This document shows positions 19,101 to 26,432 of a DNA stretch of 64,000 nucleotides, in pieces (the first letter of the stretch is position 1; each line of letters starts with the position of its first letter). The notes under the pieces are model-generated. The model had not been told where the DNA came from. It ran no database searches and saw only the letters and a program-made list of their open reading frames with translations. Position numbers and translations under genes: made by a program. The DNA is from an uncultured Methanomassiliicoccales archaeon (GTDB taxonomy: Archaea > Thermoplasmatota > Thermoplasmata > RBG-16-68-12 > EA-27), in assembly GCA_964396265.1 (NCBI GenBank), contig CAYNEM010000008.1:72500-136499 (forward strand), read 5' to 3'.

Positions 19101-20257
19101 CGGAGAGCGACGCCGCCCACGATGCCCTGGAACGCCGGTCCATGGAACTGGACGAGCGCGAGGCGTCCCTGGGCTCCGAGGTCGAGCGCCGCCGTGCGGA
19201 GGTGGTCCGCATGGAGCAGGCGATGAAGGTTTCCGAGGGCGATCTCATCTCCCGGCGGGCAGAGGTCGAGACAGCCGAGCGATTCCTCGACCGCCAGATG
19301 GACGAGATCCACGAGGCCACGAGGAACGTGACGAGCCGCGAGACGGACGTTGCGGCGACGGAACGAGACCGTGAAGGGCGGGAGGCGAAGCTCGCGGCAC
19401 GGACCACAGATCTTGCTACCCTAGAGCGGGACCTCTCAGGGCGTCGGAGCACGATCGAGGAGGAGTCGAGCAGGCTCGCGAGGGGTCAGGTGGATTTCGA
19501 GGCGAGGCGCCGGGAGTTCGAGGCGCGCGTCGCGTCGGCCGATGCGACCCTACGAGATCTCTCGAACCGCGAGCGGGAGGTCGTGGGGCGGGAGAACGCG
19601 TACAAGGCGCGCGAGACCGCGCTGCAGTCGCGGGAATCGGAGTTCCTCCGGCGCGAGATGACGTTCCGCGACCGGGAGTCCCAGTTCGATCATGTCCTCC
19701 GTGGGATTGAGCAGCGCGAGGCGGTGCTCGCGGCCCGCACCGCGAAGATCGACGAGGAGCTCCGCACCGCGACCTCGCTCCGCGAGGAGGCGAAGTCCGA
19801 GAAGGAGAACACCGAGCAGGCGAAGACCGCGGCGGACGCCCAGCAGGCCGAGGTCGCACGGACCATGAAGTTCCTGCAGAAGAAGGCGGTCGACATCCTC
19901 GACCGCGAGGAGCAGCTCCGGAAGCGCGAGAAGAAGCTTGAGGAGACGGAGCGGATCCTGGACTCCCAGGTGGAGATCGTCGAGACCCAGCGCACCGCGA
20001 TCGAGGTGGAGCGTTCGGAGTCCGGGTCCAGGATCTCGCGCCTTCAGGCGGAGATAGAGCGGATGCGCGCGATCGTCGCGGATGCGGATCGGCCCTCCGC
20101 AGCGAGAGGCGCCTGGAGCCCCGAGGCGGAGAAGGACATCGAGAACCGCCTGAAGATCATCCAGCAGAAGGCGTTCGCCCTCCTCGACCGCGAGGAGCGG
20201 CTCCGGGAGCGCGAAGAGGAGCTCAACACGCGGGAACGCCTCATCACGCACCGGTAG
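13169..20257 (+). CDS. Giant membrane protein (2362 aa): signal peptide, LamG/ConA-like domain, tandem Ig-like (Big) domains, cadherin-like region, single TM, ~800-aa cytoplasmic coiled-coil tail
   Basis: Signal peptide RVPALAVALFSVFASLLAVIPRVTS (GTG 13169; alt GTG 13211). LamG-like block WNDVVGDFSAEMKFSS...VRLVRTGNTFDAW. Two ~90%-identical 194-aa Ig-like repeats. Cadherin-like VRPVNDAPVL. TM WWNPMYLLLLPVSAFGLVIGVMARRARW. The C-terminal 800 aa are charged heptad-rich (E/R/K/L), with recurring motifs KKAVDILDREEQLRKREKKLEETERIL and QKAFALLDREERLREREEELNTRERL. Stop TAG 20255-20257 abuts the convergent ygfZ stop. Confidence 0.8.
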   Translation: MSSQHRPQRAIGHRVPALAVALFSVFASLLAVIPRVTSDPWVTANGDGTSDAVWNFSNPGDYVLTNTQISGGAGLLASAGPGVQYWNSTTAGDFAGPDSATNVDFTSSPGDVMLATTSGASTLLVLQPAATGEDSWLEEFNPTTTHGAEAFMSADGTGSRRRPVLRFDLSSLPVGAVIDGAVLYLYQYTDADGTSVVISVHEVIASWTEADVTWDDRNAVSAWASPGGDYDPHVIAQATIDAANNVWRSWNITQLADLWYRGVRPNNGLILVTPSAAVQLNKDFRSSDYGVAAERPRLEIRYRILGATGEYVSQVLGPGTPTAWQTISWNPSVRSLVADEFNGASLDPKWTWLNAPASFDVGTTLPGNLHVVSTANSQIDGATFTGNALWNDVVGDFSAEMKFSSSPTASSNRVGLMALLSQRDWFSVGKHYSGGVANWMTRETVDAVTTTIFNGASGNPIPAWVRLVRTGNTFDAWTSSDGTAWTLRDTYAPSDQYPLAIRLAFYIAHGAAGSGFSADVDYIRVTHGAGATVSVSTRTGDTNPVDGTWSGWSASYPLSSGSAMAGTSNFVEYRLSFAVSTASPDHRPVVGDVNMTSGTASYVAAGTIETNDLVPADLQQWGTLTVADAPNGQTVSYEYSLNSGGSWTPVVPPADLSGVSVASGRIRFRVSLSTSDSQFTPTVSEIRLTYTHRLDHFYVTAWAAAAAGAPFSVTVTAKDAANATILSWTGTVTLAARLLDGITPGNGILGTTSLVISAGGTATLATENYTRTETIRIHASFGAQEGLSGPVLISPGPIVRVVVAPPSVTLLPFASQSFTATAFDAWDNPVPGAVFAWIVTNGVGTLNTSSGPTVTLTAQPPDGANGTLEATASGVTGVALITVGIPSLDHFYVTASASAAAGAPFSVTVTAKDATNNTIMSWNGTVTLAARLLDGITPGNGILGTTSLAISAGGTATLATENYTRAETIRIHASFGAPEGLSGPVVITPGPIARVAVAPPVVTVLPFTNQSFTASAFDAWDNPVPGAAFTWVVTNGVGTLNTSAGTTVTMTAQPPVGAIGTVEATASGITGVAAVTVGTPTPPWVVITAPNAGASITGTASIAYSYSPDTVLATFDYDAGAGWVLIGNTSSPTGTFPWDTTGVDAVGVVLRAWVENAALMTNQTTVTPIEIDNTAPTIAIGTITDDQATAGTVTIAYTTAADVARVDFTYFDGAWQTVGTDLTIDGTYVWSPGVAINGVTLRAVATDEVGLSGADAKQGVGTRIVGTNPPAIAAIPTLYVRVTAAYDLNLTFYLSDPDTPLSGLAVTTSDPANVTAFAGAYPSLRVTYAAAGTYNVTLWVSDGTDTAWRIVRVIASGTNPPVLLAPLGTVTFDEDTVLSDALGVLTTRFFDADGDNLTFTVLGAAVISWRLNPNETLDLWASADWFGSEIVRVRASDPSGGFAEAPLVVVVRPVNDAPVLAVIAPLRWTRGESRTLDLTPYVSDVDTPLAQLIVTTDSTHVRVNGLVLTMAFPSNWTEAQFTVSVSDGPAQASQLVRVTLLPGWWNPMYLLLLPVSAFGLVIGVMARRARWRPAKAFLVDDRNELIREFTMDTACEVTWEQVSAAGALQAVDEPVKISKYRAQTVRGDALGLVLLAYGPVNHEQIEFAREMLVNIQGKFEDRLNTRLEQNREFESQVRTLHEELQSKREAFETRSRAFAGMFDAWTTAQTKMAAESVSIRATLADVESREESLIEGGHNLDRERATLRKEREEFTALADRLKQEMDRRTVELENREDVLGTMDSKVKEERKSFDTLRQEKMQRLASMDVEIEAKAKSFEEREAAVKSQAEENARLLSDLAAREETLEIEGDRVERLRQEVDQRKAQTDVTARGIDARVSAVRDQEARKSEEYRNLEATLESRESVLREQEKAFQSQMMNLHETASAKQQMLDGREGKVGELESKIRAEADRIKKTVDDFGKREQAAQDALRDARALKAESDAAHDALERRSMELDEREASLGSEVERRRAEVVRMEQAMKVSEGDLISRRAEVETAERFLDRQMDEIHEATRNVTSRETDVAATERDREGREAKLAARTTDLATLERDLSGRRSTIEEESSRLARGQVDFEARRREFEARVASADATLRDLSNREREVVGRENAYKARETALQSRESEFLRREMTFRDRESQFDHVLRGIEQREAVLAARTAKIDEELRTATSLREEAKSEKENTEQAKTAADAQQAEVARTMKFLQKKAVDILDREEQLRKREKKLEETERILDSQVEIVETQRTAIEVERSESGSRISRLQAEIERMRAIVADADRPSAARGAWSPEAEKDIENRLKIIQQKAFALLDREERLREREEELNTRERLITHR
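15247..16410 (+). repeat. Tandem intragenic duplication, 2 x 582 bp (Ig-like domain pair)
   Basis: Units 15247-15828 and 15829-16410 both start ctcgaccacttctacgt (LDHFYVTA...). They encode ~90% identical 194-aa segments (...APFSVTVTAKDA...LAARLLDGITPGNGILGTTSL...TETIRIHASFGA...). Confidence 0.85.
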
Positions 20258-21328
20258 TCAAGGGCGGTAGAACGGCAGCGCGACGATCCGCGCCGGGGAC
20301 CCTCCGACGGAGACCTCCGTGCCCGGCTCCGCGGCCTGGCTGCGCACGTATCCGAGGGCGAGGACCTTCCCCCGCCAGGCGGACCGCGCGGCGCTCGTCA
20401 CGTGCCCCACACTCGCTCCCATGGAATCGACCGACGTGCCCGGAAGAGGCGGCTCCTTCGCGTCCACCTCGAGGCCGACGAGCAGTCGGTTCACGTGTCC
20501 TTGGTAGACCGCGCGCGAGACGATCTCCTGTCCCACGTAGCATCCCTTCGTCATGCTGATGGCGGGTCCGAGCCGCGCCTCGAGCGCGAGCGTGTGCTCG
20601 TCCATGTCCACGCCGAACCTCGGCCTCCCCGCCTCGATGCGGAGGGCGTCCGCCGCCAAAGTCCCGAAGGGCACGCCGCCGCCTTCGATGAAGGACCGCC
20701 AAACGCCCGCGGCGCGCGGCCCCGCGGGGATCCAGACTTCGTATCCATTGCCGCCAAAGTACGGGCTCCTTGCGAGCCGCACGGGCGTGCCGTCAACGTC
20801 CGCGATGAGGTGATCGTATGGGGACGCCCCGGGGGTCCGCCCGAAGATGCGCGAGACGAGACGTTCGCTCGAGGGACCGAAAACTCCGAGCAGCGCGTAT
20901 CCGGAGGTCGCGTCGGCGAGGGTTACGTCGTCGCTTACGAGGAGCTTCCCCAGGTAGCCCGTGACGCGGTCGCGCGTCTCCGGGTCCGTCTCGAGGAGGT
21001 AGTGGTCGCCCGCGTGGTACACGACCATGTCCCCGTGCACGTGCGCCCGGTGGTCGAGGGTGGCGGCGTACAGGCCATGCCCCTCCGCGAGCGTCTTCAG
21101 GTCGTTCGTGAGGAGGCCGTCGAGGAACGAGAGCCGATCCTCGCCTGTGACGCGGACCTTGCCCCTCGCGCTCCAGTCGATCACGCCAACCGACGCGCGG
21201 ACCGCGCGCTGTTCCGCAGCCTCGTCGCCATAGTCGAGCGGCACGCGCCAACCGGCGGCCTCGCCGAACCGCGCGCCCATCCGTTCGTGTTCCCTCGCCA
21301 GGGGAAGGTCCCGCATCACGACGACCAA
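20258..21328 (-). CDS. ygfZ: YgfZ/GcvT-family folate-binding protein (aminomethyltransferase-like)
   Basis: Carries the KGCYVGQE signature of YgfZ-type folate-dependent proteins. Has the GcvT-like N-domain (VIDWSARGKVRVTGEDRLSFLDGLLTNDL). Confidence 0.65.
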   Translation of the reverse strand: MVVVMRDLPLAREHERMGARFGEAAGWRVPLDYGDEAAEQRAVRASVGVIDWSARGKVRVTGEDRLSFLDGLLTNDLKTLAEGHGLYAATLDHRAHVHGDMVVYHAGDHYLLETDPETRDRVTGYLGKLLVSDDVTLADATSGYALLGVFGPSSERLVSRIFGRTPGASPYDHLIADVDGTPVRLARSPYFGGNGYEVWIPAGPRAAGVWRSFIEGGGVPFGTLAADALRIEAGRPRFGVDMDEHTLALEARLGPAISMTKGCYVGQEIVSRAVYQGHVNRLLVGLEVDAKEPPLPGTSVDSMGASVGHVTSAARSAWRGKVLALGYVRSQAAEPGTEVSVGGSPARIVALPFYRP

Positions 21329-21591
21329 GGGCGCGAGTCGCCCTTATACGTTTGGCGGTGGGCGGGAGACGCCCCCTGAGGACCGCTTGTTCGCGCACAA
21401 TCGCGTTGCCGCCCCCCAGCCGCTTGCAACGGACCCGTTCACCCAGTTGCGCTCGGGACTGCGACGTCTGTTTCGTGCCGCACCCCCGCTCTCGGAATGA
21501 CGAATGCCTTTGTGTCAACTCTACAATGAAGGTCGGGGCGAATCCAGTAGGGCCGGGAGTAGCTGGCCACGGCAATGGGGTCGGGGAGCTC

Positions 21592-22152
21592 CTACCGGCT
21601 CGGCCCGACCTCCAACCCCGGAAAGTGTTCCTCCAGGACCCGGCGCCAGCCCCCGGTGACCCTGAGCACCAAGGCGAGGCTTCCAACATACAGTGCGACG
21701 ACGAACACGAGCACCAATAAAAGCTGCACTTGCCCTGCGAGAAGCACAATGAGCACGTCGGCGAAGGACAACCCTAGGAGGATACCCGAGAGGACCCGTA
21801 CGCCGTTGGTGGACTCTCGCTGCCCGAGAGACTGGGTCAACCAGTCGAAGGCGGACGGAAGTGGAGCGAAGGCGAACAGGATCTGGATCGCCGGAAGGAA
21901 CAGCGAGGTGCGCAGGGGGTCGCTTGCCAGGTAGAGGAGGAGGAGGGTCAGCACGCCGATGGCCTGCCCCGTGCAGCGGGCACACAGGTGGACCGTGCGT
22001 CCGCCGACAGGGAAGCCGAGGGTCCTCGCGTAGCGGGTCGGGAGGTGATGGGACAGGAGGAATTCCCATCGGGGGGGCTCTGCTCCCGCGCCCGAGGTCC
22101 CCGTCAACGCCATTTCCATCCCCGACGGAGAGTATATCACCCTGAGAATCAT
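21592..22152 (-). CDS. DUF2085-like integral membrane protein
   Basis: Four or more TM helices and an HLCARCTG (CxRC) motif typical of DUF2085. Confidence 0.5.
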   Translation of the reverse strand: MILRVIYSPSGMEMALTGTSGAGAEPPRWEFLLSHHLPTRYARTLGFPVGGRTVHLCARCTGQAIGVLTLLLLYLASDPLRTSLFLPAIQILFAFAPLPSAFDWLTQSLGQRESTNGVRVLSGILLGLSFADVLIVLLAGQVQLLLVLVFVVALYVGSLALVLRVTGGWRRVLEEHFPGLEVGPSR

Positions 22153-22162
22153 ATCGTTTTAG

Positions 22163-22459
22163 GTGGCAGGTTACAACCAGCCCGTGATGGCGGCGGGGCC
22201 GGTCGAGTACAAGCGGAAGTACACCTTGTGGGTCTTGGTCGTCCTGCTCCTCTTCTGCTGGCCGGCGGCGCTCATCTACTACTTCACACGGGAGAAGGTC
22301 CTCGTGCAGGAGCTAAGCAACTACGCGATGCCGGTTCAGGGACCGCCAGCGTACAGCGCTCCGGCGACCGGTGCCGCTTGCCCGCGTTGCGGGCAGCCGG
22401 CCACATGGGTCGCCCAGTACAACCGCTGGTATTGCAACACGGACCGCCAGTACCTCTGA
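22163..22459 (+). CDS. Small membrane protein with C-terminal zinc ribbon
   Basis: TM helix LWVLVVLLLFCWPAALIYYF followed by CPRCGQPATWVAQYNRWYCNTD (CxxC...C). Confidence 0.4.
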   Translation: MAGYNQPVMAAGPVEYKRKYTLWVLVVLLLFCWPAALIYYFTREKVLVQELSNYAMPVQGPPAYSAPATGAACPRCGQPATWVAQYNRWYCNTDRQYL

Positions 22460-22677
22460 GCGTACGCCCGAGCTGGTGGGAAGTGTCGGCTTTCGTCAAC
22501 ATCGGACCAGGGCGGACACCTCCCCCGCGGCGATGAATGGATTCGACGTCCACTCAGTCCATCGGCGCTACGCTGCGTGTGAACCGGATCCTCGCGGGGC
22601 TTCCGACCTTCATGGCGGCGCGGCGGAAACGTCGTCTGGGGAACGCTTATCCGCGGACGATCGCCTTGTCGTCCTTC

Positions 22678-23061
22678 ATGACGTCGACGTTCGGGACTCT
22701 CTCCTACCTGTACGTGGGCACGGCGGACTTCGTGCGCGACCTAGCCTACTACAAAGACATCCTCCGCGCGGAGCTCGTTTGGAACCTCACGGGGTTCGGA
22801 GCGCATGTCGCCGCATTCCGCATGGGCGCCGGTCCCCTGGTGCTCCTCGCGGACCACCGCCCGGCGCCCAGCTGCATGCCCGTCTACGAGGTCGCAGACC
22901 TCAAGGAGACCGCGCGCACCCTGAAGAAGAGGGGTTGGAAGCCCGACGGCCGTGCGTTCGAGATCCCAAACGGTCCGTGCCTCGCGTTCGAGGACCCCAG
23001 CAAGAACCGGTATGCTTTCTTCGAGAACGTCCGGCCCCGTCCATTCGAGGGCGAGTCCTGA
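22678..23061 (+). CDS. VOC/glyoxalase-bleomycin resistance family protein
   Basis: ~127-aa single VOC-like domain (LSYLYVGTADFVRDLAYYKDIL...FRMGAGPLVLLADH...AFEDPSKNRYAFFE). Start set at ATG 22678; the six-frame ORF extends to 22537. Confidence 0.5.
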   Translation: MTSTFGTLSYLYVGTADFVRDLAYYKDILRAELVWNLTGFGAHVAAFRMGAGPLVLLADHRPAPSCMPVYEVADLKETARTLKKRGWKPDGRAFEIPNGPCLAFEDPSKNRYAFFENVRPRPFEGES

Positions 23062-23101
23062 GGGGGCGAACGTTCAAGCCGCCGCGCCCCATCGCAAGCC
23101 G

Positions 23102-23302
23102 ATGGCGGAGCGCGCGGAGGACCAGCCGCCGGACTACGCGTTCAAGTTCCGGAAGGACGGGAAGGCGATCAAGCGCCCCATCGCGATCCACTGCCCGTAC
23201 TGCCAGGGCAAGGTCATCTTCACGCGTGTCGAGGACCACCTGGAGAAGAAGAACTGCCCCCACTGCGGCATGGAGGTCGAGCGGAAGTGGGGCTACGCGT
23301 AG
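23102..23302 (+). CDS. Small zinc-ribbon protein
   Basis: 66 aa containing CPYCQGKV...CPHCGMEV. ATG 23102 lies inside the longer six-frame ORF 22952-23302. Confidence 0.4.
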   Translation: MAERAEDQPPDYAFKFRKDGKAIKRPIAIHCPYCQGKVIFTRVEDHLEKKNCPHCGMEVERKWGYA

Positions 23303-23914
23303 TCATCGCTTGTCGGTCCATGCGAACCGCGTGATCGCGGGGTGCCCGCCCTGCGCAGTCCCCGCCACCGTGAGCCCGCCGGATTGGAGAAGCACCGCCA
23401 CGTCGAGAGGGGCCTCGCCTCTCGAGAGACTGCCGTAATGGCCCGCGATCAGACGCCCGCCGGGTTCGACGCATCGGTCGAAGAGCCTTCGTGCGTATGC
23501 CCCCATGAGCTCGTTCGGCACGGAGTCGAGGAGCGCATACACGAAGCGGTACTGCCTCGGGGGCCTCCAGTCCCACGCGTTCGCGACCCAGAGGTTCGCG
23601 GCGTGTAACGCCAGGCGCCGCTCGGCGATCGCGATGAGCTTCTCGCTGATGTCGACGCCATGCGGCACGATGGTCCGCCCCCGGTCCCGCGCCCACTCGA
23701 CGAGGCACTCGAGCAAGTACCCGTTTGCGCACCCGACGTCAAGGAGGTCTCCGTCCCGGTCGATCGCGTCGAGGATGGGAGTGCGCTCCGCGCGCCATCG
23801 CTCAGGACCGCCGCCAAACCCGGACTGGCGGATCGGGTCCTCGTGGCGGAGGTACTCCTCTTCCAGGCTTCGCTTGGTCTCCGCGAACCAGCGCTCGAGG
23901 GCTTCCGCATCCAT
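23303..23914 (-). CDS. Class I SAM-dependent methyltransferase
   Basis: LLDVGCANGYLLECL (motif I GxGxG-like) and RFVYALLDSVPNEL...PGGRLIAG. Only the 3' 203 codons of the 575-aa six-frame ORF look protein-like; the upstream extension is Arg/Ala-rich junk. ATG at 23912-23914. Confidence 0.65.
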   Translation of the reverse strand: MDAEALERWFAETKRSLEEEYLRHEDPIRQSGFGGGPERWRAERTPILDAIDRDGDLLDVGCANGYLLECLVEWARDRGRTIVPHGVDISEKLIAIAERRLALHAANLWVANAWDWRPPRQYRFVYALLDSVPNELMGAYARRLFDRCVEPGGRLIAGHYGSLSRGEAPLDVAVLLQSGGLTVAGTAQGGHPAITRFAWTDKR

Positions 23915-23990
23915 CTGGCGGCGAACCGCGGGCAGGGTAAAGGGCTTATCGCGCCGTGCGGATGTACGCACGTTGGACGTCCTCGGGGCC

Positions 23991-24734
23991 ATGTTCACGG
24001 AGGAGTTCGGCTGCGCCGCCGCGGACGGGCAGCGGCTGGCGGTTCTCGCGAGGGAGCAGCGCGCCTCCTTCGGGGGTACTTCCGAGGACGGCGAGGAGGA
24101 TCTCGTGGTCCGGCTGCGGGAACCTCGCGCATTTGGAGCGTTCGCGGGGGAGTGCATCGAGGAAGGATCGCTTGCGGAGCGCACGCGCGTCACGATGGCG
24201 GGCCGCGTGTTCGACTTGTTGTCGCTGCCCCGTTCGGAGGACGAGGCGTTCTCCGTGGCCATGCGCGCGCCGCCGAACTTGCTCGTGTTCGCGCGCCACC
24301 TCGCGCGGGCGGACGAGTTCACGCCGCTCCACCTCCTCCATCTGGTGTACGCGATCTTCCTGGACCGAGGTCTTGTGGCGGCGGTCGATGCGGACGTCCG
24401 TTCGGGGGTCCTCGAAGATGTGGCGGCGGCCGCATTGCCGGACGACCGGGTCAGCGCCCTGTACGTCTCGTTGCACCTGTCCGCCGTCGAAGAGCCAGAA
24501 GCCATGGAAGAACTCCGCACCCTCCTCGAGTCCGGTGCGGTGCGATGGCCCTTCAAGCGGCTCGTCGCGGGAGTCGTCGCGCCGGACGTGCGGGGCGTGG
24601 CGGCGTGGGTCCAACTCGCGCAGGACGAGGGGCTCCTGCCCACCGGGTTGGACCCCCAGGATCCTTCCATCCATGCGAACCTCCCGAGGATGCACACGGC
24701 GTTCGCACCGCTCGTTATGAAGTGGATCGAATAG
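23991..24734 (+). CDS. Hypothetical protein (no recognisable family)
   Basis: Protein-like composition in this frame (…HLLHLVYAIFLDRGLVAAVDADV…WPFKRLVAGVV…), divergent from the methyltransferase. Start ATG 23991; alt TTG 23973. Overlapping alternative frames look Arg-rich and spurious. Confidence 0.4.
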   Translation: MFTEEFGCAAADGQRLAVLAREQRASFGGTSEDGEEDLVVRLREPRAFGAFAGECIEEGSLAERTRVTMAGRVFDLLSLPRSEDEAFSVAMRAPPNLLVFARHLARADEFTPLHLLHLVYAIFLDRGLVAAVDADVRSGVLEDVAAAALPDDRVSALYVSLHLSAVEEPEAMEELRTLLESGAVRWPFKRLVAGVVAPDVRGVAAWVQLAQDEGLLPTGLDPQDPSIHANLPRMHTAFAPLVMKWIE

Positions 24735-24791
24735 GCGACGAACAAAGATCCTTGAGCTGAATGGCGATTGTGATTCTGCACCGCACAACGT

Positions 24792-25172
24792 TTGATGAAT
24801 TCCGGGAACGGCGTTCCCATGAGGGTCCCTGGGGGTTTGGCCCGCGCCCTTCGGGGAGACGGGACGCCGGCAGGACTCCGCGTGGCGCGCGCGCTTTCCG
24901 CCTCGAGCCTGCCGTTTGTGCTCGCGGAGGTGGCCACGGGGGTTCTGTCGTATTTCAGGGGATACTTGTCGATCCCTTCTGTGATCGGCATCGGGACCTC
25001 GGTCGACGGCGCCATCTTGGCGGCGGGCATGTCTATCGCGATTCTCTGGGCGCGCCGGCCTCAGGCCTCCACCCCTCGGCCCGTACGACACGACGGTCTC
25101 GAATGGCTTTGGGGGAACCGCCTCTCATGGCGAGAGGATTTCGAAAGCTTTAAACAGGCTAAGTGCACTTAG
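24792..25172 (+). CDS. Hypothetical small membrane protein
   Basis: Two predicted TM helices (LPFVLAEVATGVLSYF; AILAAGMSIAILWA). No family recognised; weak call. Confidence 0.25.
   Translation: MMNSGNGVPMRVPGGLARALRGDGTPAGLRVARALSASSLPFVLAEVATGVLSYFRGYLSIPSVIGIGTSVDGAILAAGMSIAILWARRPQASTPRPVRHDGLEWLWGNRLSWREDFESFKQAKCT
25147..25154. promoter_or_regulatory. TATA-like box (CTTTAAAC) ~28 nt upstream of vapB ATG; implies a leaderless transcript
   Basis: gcTTTAAACaggc is the only A/T element before ATG 25182. Confidence 0.35.
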
Positions 25173-25181
25173 AACACTGAC

Positions 25182-25439
25182 ATGGCGGTCAAGACGATTA
25201 CGATCACGGAGCTCGCGTACATGCGTCTGCGCCGGCTCAAGAGGCCGGAGGAGAGCTTCTCGGAACTCGTTGTGCGGCTGACGGAAGGTCGGAAGAGTGT
25301 CATGCACCTGGCCGGAAGCTGGAAGGACATGCCCAGGAAAAAGTACGAGGAGATGGTGGAAGCGCTTCATGAGGAGGAGGCGATCAGCGATCGGAAGTTG
25401 CGCCGCCGCCTCGATTCCATGCTCAAGGAACGATCATGA
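25182..25439 (+). CDS. vapB: VapB-type antitoxin (DUF217 family)
   Basis: KTITITELAYMRLRRLKRPEESFSELVVRL matches the archaeal DUF217 VapB pattern. Its stop overlaps the vapC start (ATGA). Confidence 0.7.
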   Translation: MAVKTITITELAYMRLRRLKRPEESFSELVVRLTEGRKSVMHLAGSWKDMPRKKYEEMVEALHEEEAISDRKLRRRLDSMLKERS

Positions 25440-25822
25440 CCGTCGTCGACTCCGGATTCCTCATAGACTTCCTCCGGGGAAAGTCGGAGGCCCTGTCCCG
25501 CATGAGGGCTGCGGAGGTGGCGGGAGAGGTTCTGCTCGTCACGCCGCTGGTCGCCTACGAAGTCCTCGTGGGAGCGCACGCGGCAGGAGGACAGGTCCTC
25601 CATCGTGCGCGCGAACTGGTCCGATCGCTGAGCTTTCTGCCCCTCGACATGGACGCCGTCGAGGAGGCGGCCCGAACGGGGGCCGAACTGCGCAGGCTGG
25701 GGAAGCCCATCGGCCCCGTGGATACCCTGAACGCAGGGGCCGCCTTACACCGCCACGATCGCATCCTGACACGGGACGCGGACTTCGCTGGGGTCCGGGG
25801 GCTCGTGGTGGAGTCCTTCTAG
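25436..25822 (+). CDS. vapC: VapC toxin, PIN-domain ribonuclease
   Basis: MTVVDSGFLIDFL...LVTPLVAYEV...TRDADF contains the PIN acidic residues. 4-nt overlap with vapB. Confidence 0.8.
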   Translation: MTVVDSGFLIDFLRGKSEALSRMRAAEVAGEVLLVTPLVAYEVLVGAHAAGGQVLHRARELVRSLSFLPLDMDAVEEAARTGAELRRLGKPIGPVDTLNAGAALHRHDRILTRDADFAGVRGLVVESF

Positions 25823-25847
25823 GCCTCGGCAAGCGGCCTCAAAGGGA

Positions 25848-25932
25848 TGCGTGGGCCAGGATTTGAACCTGGGAACTCCTGCGAGACCAGACCCTGAATC
25901 TGGCGCCTTTGACCATGCTGGGCGACCCACGC
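25848..25932 (-). tRNA. tRNA-Leu (anticodon CAG), class II with long variable arm
   Basis: Reverse complement is GCGTGGGTCGCCCAGCATGGTCAAAGGCGCCAGATTCAGGGTCTGGTCTCGCAGGAGTTCCCAGGTTCAAATCCTGGCCCACGCA. It has a 7-bp acceptor stem, D-arm GCC..GGTCAAAGGC, anticodon loop TTCAGGG, an extended variable arm, T-loop TTCAAAT and discriminator A. No encoded CCA. Confidence 0.85.
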
Positions 25933-26028
25933 AACAGGGACGCGAGAGGGCCGAACCTAGAAGAACCTTGCTGAGCGGGCAACGAGGTCTATCTCTGAAT
26001 CAAGATAAAAATCGATGGACGCGGTGTG

Positions 26029-26259
26029 CTACCGCTTCTTGGAGGCCTGCATCACTTTGAGCCAGCGTCCGGACTCGTGCACCTGCAGTTTCCGTTTTTC
26101 GAGGATGTCGCGGAAAGCATCCCAGTCGATGACCTCAATGCGCGCGTTCTTCCCGTTCGTGAACTGGATATGCTCCGTCCCCTTTACCTGGCCCGCCTTG
26201 AGCCCCTGGCGTTTCGCGATTTCAATCGCACGCTCGACGCTGATGGGTTGCATCGCCAT
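26029..26259 (-). CDS. Hypothetical small protein (76 aa)
   Basis: MAMQPISVERAIEIAKRQGLKAGQVKGTEHIQFTNGKNARIEVIDWDAFRDILEKRKL is compact with balanced composition. It lies immediately 5' of tRNA-Leu on the same strand. Confidence 0.45.
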   Translation of the reverse strand: MAMQPISVERAIEIAKRQGLKAGQVKGTEHIQFTNGKNARIEVIDWDAFRDILEKRKLQVHESGRWLKVMQASKKR

Positions 26260-26432
26260 GTCGGTGTGCCTCCGCCGAGACCGCAGCTATGCGGCCCCGC
26301 GCGTCGCACCGGTTGGCGGGCTATTTAATGATTTGGCGGTGGGAATCTCGCGAGCATGGTTTCGCTTCGAATCGATCCCCGATGCGCGGTGCGGCGGGGA
26401 AACGCTTTAGTCGGCTCCCCCTATGGCGGGCC

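Noticed and set aside
14957-20251. Long minus-strand ORFs (1084 aa at 14957-18211; 414 aa at 18208-19452; 233 aa at 19550-20251) overlapping the 2362-aa plus-strand gene
   Set aside because: Antisense shadows of a high-GC coding region; Arg/Asp/Gly-dominated with no domain signal. The sense frame has coherent signal peptide/Ig/TM/coiled-coil architecture.
23915-25030. 5' extension of the 575-aa minus ORF beyond the methyltransferase
   Set aside because: Only the 3' 203 codons resemble a protein (class I MTase). Upstream is Arg/Ala/Ser-rich and overlaps a more plausible plus-strand gene (23991-24734).
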